Shown here: in pieces, positions 61,259 through 64,000 of the stretch
Position numbering within the stretch: position 1 is the first letter of the stretch
How the letters are laid out: each line of letters opens with the position of its first letter
IMG/VR virus record: IMGVR_UViG_3300020371_000002
Length of the DNA: 64,000 nucleotides
Reading direction: 5' to 3' (one strand)
Source: a virus
Lineage: Duplodnaviria; Caudoviricetes
Notes under the pieces: model-generated
The model's input: only the letters and a program-made list of their open reading frames with translations
Database searches by the model: none
Told to the model about the DNA's origin: nothing
Position numbers and translations under genes: made by a program

Positions 61259-61394
61259 CTTCTAACTCCTTGAATGCTAGTGTCATTATTGTATATATGT
61301 AATAACCCACTCCCATCAATAGGAGAATAAGACACCAGATGATACTCCAAGTAACATCGTTAACATCATTCAGTGGTCTCAGTATCAGATTCAT
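61185..61394 (-). CDS. Membrane hypothetical protein
   Basis: LRPL...VTWSIIWCL TM segment. Confidence 0.55.
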   Translation of the reverse strand: MNLILRPLNDVNDVTWSIIWCLILLLMGVGYYIYTIMTLAFKELEDGSDDPAKQEELLQLPSDRDQQGS

Positions 61395-61695
61395 AGGGTT
61401 TGAATGATATACTTATGTTATCTAGTCCTTCTACTTCGCTAGGGGTGGATGTAGTAACCCATGGATCAGGGATTTGTTCATCCCATTCTTTATGGATCTC
61501 ACGTACCTGGTTATCAACGCTATCCATTTCCTGTTCGACCTTAGCATCGACCCAGACTTTCCACAACCATTCAATAATTGCTTTGTATATTTGATTCCAA
61601 GGGTACTTCTGATTCCTTGCCCATAGTTTGGATTTGGTATACCAGGTTTCTTCCCCTCCCCAAGTTTTTTCAAATTTGAATAAATTAAATTTCAT
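61366..61695 (-). CDS. Hypothetical protein
   Basis: Trp-rich ORF; ATGA coupling. Confidence 0.55.
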   Translation of the reverse strand: MKFNLFKFEKTWGGEETWYTKSKLWARNQKYPWNQIYKAIIEWLWKVWVDAKVEQEMDSVDNQVREIHKEWDEQIPDPWVTTSTPSEVEGLDNISISFKPYESDTETTE

Positions 61696-61841
61696 TGTTC
61701 TAGACTATCTAAGTAGTCTATCCACCACTGTGGATCCCTTCGGACTTTCCAATTCGGAACAGGTTTACCCTGCTCCGAATAATGCTCTAACAATGCATCA
61801 TCGATAATCTGTGCGATCTCCAAATTCCTCTTCTTCTTCAT
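61692..61841 (-). CDS. Hypothetical protein (49 aa), paralog of 12079-12246
   Basis: MKKKRNLEIAQIIDDAL...PVPNW...PQWWIDYL. Confidence 0.6.
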   Translation of the reverse strand: MKKKRNLEIAQIIDDALLEHYSEQGKPVPNWKVRRDPQWWIDYLDSLEQ

Positions 61842-62010
61842 CAACATCTGCATACGGGTTCTCCAAATAGGGTCCTCGTTTTCGTAGAGGTTCTTTTCTG
61901 ACATAATCCGACTCAGCATTGATGGCAGACATCCAGACCGCAACCTTCATTACTATATAGATGACTGCGAGGGGTAAAAAGCACAGGATCAATGTGTATT
62001 GTGATTTCAT
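61798..62010 (-). CDS. Membrane microprotein, paralog of 12200-12415
   Basis: IYIVMKVAVW...RKRGPY..NPY.DVDEEEEE.GDRTDYR. Confidence 0.7.
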   Translation of the reverse strand: MKSQYTLILCFLPLAVIYIVMKVAVWMSAINAESDYVRKEPLRKRGPYLENPYADVDEEEEEFGDRTDYR

Positions 62011-63020
62011 CTAACGTTGTGTCCTCCAAACATGTATCTCATACCGTTCAGAATCTTGGATCCGAAAGCCGACAGACCGCGACTACTAAATCTTTGATAA
62101 AGAGCAGTGGATAGAACAGGAGCGGGTACACCCAGATCCACAGCGGTATGAACAGTCCAACGACCCTCACCGCTATCGGATACTCCGCCAACGAATTTAT
62201 TAAGCTCTGGATCGCTGCGAAGTACATCAGCAGTAAGATCGAGTAACCAAGACCCAACCACACTACCGCGACGCCAACACTCAGCGACCTCAGCAACGTC
62301 AATGTCGTAGCAGTAATCTTCTGGGCATTCCATAGGGGCAACCTCTGCGTCTCCCTCCTTGACATATTTAGATCCTGCATTGGCATTTTTTAGTATATTG
62401 AAACCTTCGGCATATGCCTGCATCATTCCATACTCAACACCATTGTGGACCATCTTCACAAAGTGACCCGCTCCTGGTGCTCCGCAATGCAACCAACCTG
62501 ATTCAGCAGGTGAGACCCAGCTGTTGTCGTGGGTTCTGGGGGCAGCATCAATGCCTGGTGCGAGGGAGTCAAAGATAGGACGGCAAGCAGCGACTGCTTG
62601 ATTTCCGCCACCAACCATAAGACAGTATCCACGCTCCAAACCATAAACACCCCCGCTAGTACCACAGTCAATATACTGGATACCCAGTTTTGAAAGGTAC
62701 GATGCCCTTTTCCTACTGTCCTTAAAATTGCTATTGCCATGATCAATAACAATAGCTCCTTCACTACAAAATTGTAGTAACTCATCGAGTGTCTCCTGTA
62801 CGAGTTCTGCTGGGATTACCATTTGGTAAACACCAGAAGGTCCAACTTGTTGAACCAATTCTTCAAGAGAAGGTGCTACCTCAGTAACATATCCTTTCTC
62901 TTTTGCTTCCTCTGCCTTAGCAAAGTTCCGTCTGTATCCATGGACTTCAATACCAGCGGACATCATTCGACGAGACATACCCTCGCCCATCCGCCCAAGT
63001 CCGATCAATCCTACTTTCAT
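62007..63020 (-). CDS. gnd: 6-phosphogluconate dehydrogenase, copy 2
   Basis: GLGRMG, IDHGNS, DCGTSGG, GAGHFVKMVHNGVEYG. Confidence 0.96.
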   Translation of the reverse strand: MKVGLIGLGRMGEGMSRRMMSAGIEVHGYRRNFAKAEEAKEKGYVTEVAPSLEELVQQVGPSGVYQMVIPAELVQETLDELLQFCSEGAIVIDHGNSNFKDSRKRASYLSKLGIQYIDCGTSGGVYGLERGYCLMVGGGNQAVAACRPIFDSLAPGIDAAPRTHDNSWVSPAESGWLHCGAPGAGHFVKMVHNGVEYGMMQAYAEGFNILKNANAGSKYVKEGDAEVAPMECPEDYCYDIDVAEVAECWRRGSVVGSWLLDLTADVLRSDPELNKFVGGVSDSGEGRWTVHTAVDLGVPAPVLSTALYQRFSSRGLSAFGSKILNGMRYMFGGHNVR

Positions 63021-63142
63021 TTGTGTTTCTTAGTAAACGGTTCCCAGTGTTCCCATCCATATTTGTGGACCAGGTGCATTCCTATGATGGGTACAAAAAC
63101 TAAACAGAATCCCATGACACCTAAGCACCAGGGAGTCTGCAT
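63017..63142 (-). CDS. Single-TM microprotein (41 aa)
   Basis: MQTPWCLGVMGFCLVFVPIIGMHLVHKYGWEHWEPFTKKHK; ATGA overlap with gnd. Confidence 0.6.
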   Translation of the reverse strand: MQTPWCLGVMGFCLVFVPIIGMHLVHKYGWEHWEPFTKKHK

Positions 63143-63149
63143 TACCTGT

Positions 63150-63392
63150 CTAACCAGGAGCTGAACGTGATTCATTTTGGAAATACTCTGGAAAAGGACA
63201 TCCTTTGAATTCGTTTATCTCATTAACAGATAGAACAAACATGGTTACAAACCCTAGACAGAACGCAAAGAGCATTTGTGGGAAGTTATAGTTCCCCATA
63301 TATGCAGTAGGATCTGGTTCATCATCATGAGGATGAAGATGTTTAGAGATCTGTTCTACTCTTTTCTTGCGTTCTTCGTCAGATTTTTTCAT
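63150..63392 (-). CDS. Membrane hypothetical protein, paralog of 27874-28110
   Basis: HPHDDEPDPTAYMGNYNFPQMLFAFCLGF. Confidence 0.7.
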   Translation of the reverse strand: MKKSDEERKKRVEQISKHLHPHDDEPDPTAYMGNYNFPQMLFAFCLGFVTMFVLSVNEINEFKGCPFPEYFQNESRSAPG

Positions 63393-64000
63393 GCTGGATA
63401 GTCCCAATCTGTGATAAACTCTGTTTTATGTAAGGGACCCCACAGACCTTCATGATAAAGGAATGGTGTGGTTCTCACCTTACAAGTCTGTCCAGTACAA
63501 AGCAGATCGTCAACAATACGCCAGGATTCCAACACCTCTTCCGCATGGACGAAGTGAGACTGGTCTCCATGGATAGCATCATAAAGTAACTTCTCATACC
63601 CATCGATAGCATTATCAGGGTAGTTGTGAGTTAGTGTTGCTGCTTCGACCTCATCCTTAAACCCAGGGGTCTTCATCTCGATACGAATATCTAGATGTGG
63701 ATTAGGTTGCAATCGCATAACAATGCGATCATTAGTTGCGTGGTTAGAAAATAGTTGTCTAACGGGTGCTTTCAGTTTAACAACAACTTCAACACAACCG
63801 TGAGGCATCTTCTTCCCTGTTAGGAAATAGAAAGGAACTTGATCCCAACGCCAGTTATCAATGTAGATATCACCAGCAGCAAAGGTAGGTGTTTCTGTAT
63901 TATCTTCAACACCTTCCTCTTCTCTATACCCAACGTATTGACCTGCAACATACTTGGTGCCGAGTCTTGTAGCAGCGAGAACTTTAACTTTCTCTCTGCG
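63389..64000 (-). CDS. zwf: Glucose-6-phosphate dehydrogenase, copy 2 (5' part outside the window)
   Basis: Frame open to the window end: RREKVKVL...GQYVGY...DNWRWDQVPFYFLTGKKM...GYEKLLYDAI.GDQS.FV. Confidence 0.95.
   Translation of the reverse strand, partial: RREKVKVLAATRLGTKYVAGQYVGYREEEGVEDNTETPTFAAGDIYIDNWRWDQVPFYFLTGKKMPHGCVEVVVKLKAPVRQLFSNHATNDRIVMRLQPNPHLDIRIEMKTPGFKDEVEAATLTHNYPDNAIDGYEKLLYDAIHGDQSHFVHAEEVLESWRIVDDLLCTGQTCKVRTTPFLYHEGLWGPLHKTEFITDWDYPA

Overview
This 64 kb window comes from a T4-like cyanophage (cyanomyovirus), most likely infecting marine Synechococcus. It opens with T4 core genes (gp48, gp53, gp32, gp59, gp33, phoH, thyX). About 50 kb of mostly minus-strand accessory DNA follows. 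Photosynthesis and electron-transport genes there are psbA, psbD, petE, PTOX, two hli, an unannotated ndhP micro-ORF and a possible ndhQ-like micro-ORF. Carbon-catabolism genes are talC, a full-length glycogen phosphorylase and two diverged zwf-gnd modules. The region also holds a 13-gene glycosylation cluster with nadE embedded, about ten Fe(II)/2OG oxygenases, a flavin-dependent halogenase-like gene, a peroxiredoxin, two glutaredoxins and five tRNAs. A plus-strand late block encodes fibers, a subtilase and signal-peptide proteins. The most unusual structure is at 14170-14650: a chain of glutamine-II (Downstream-peptide)-type riboswitch halves in which whole ORFs of 66 and 56 aa sit inside the variable P2 loop. 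Their start codons lie in the 5' strand of P2 and their stop codons or C-termini are encoded by the 3' half. All protein and RNA family calls come from motif recognition only; no database search was run. Many small ORFs listed were translated by hand because they fall below the ORF-track length cut-off.
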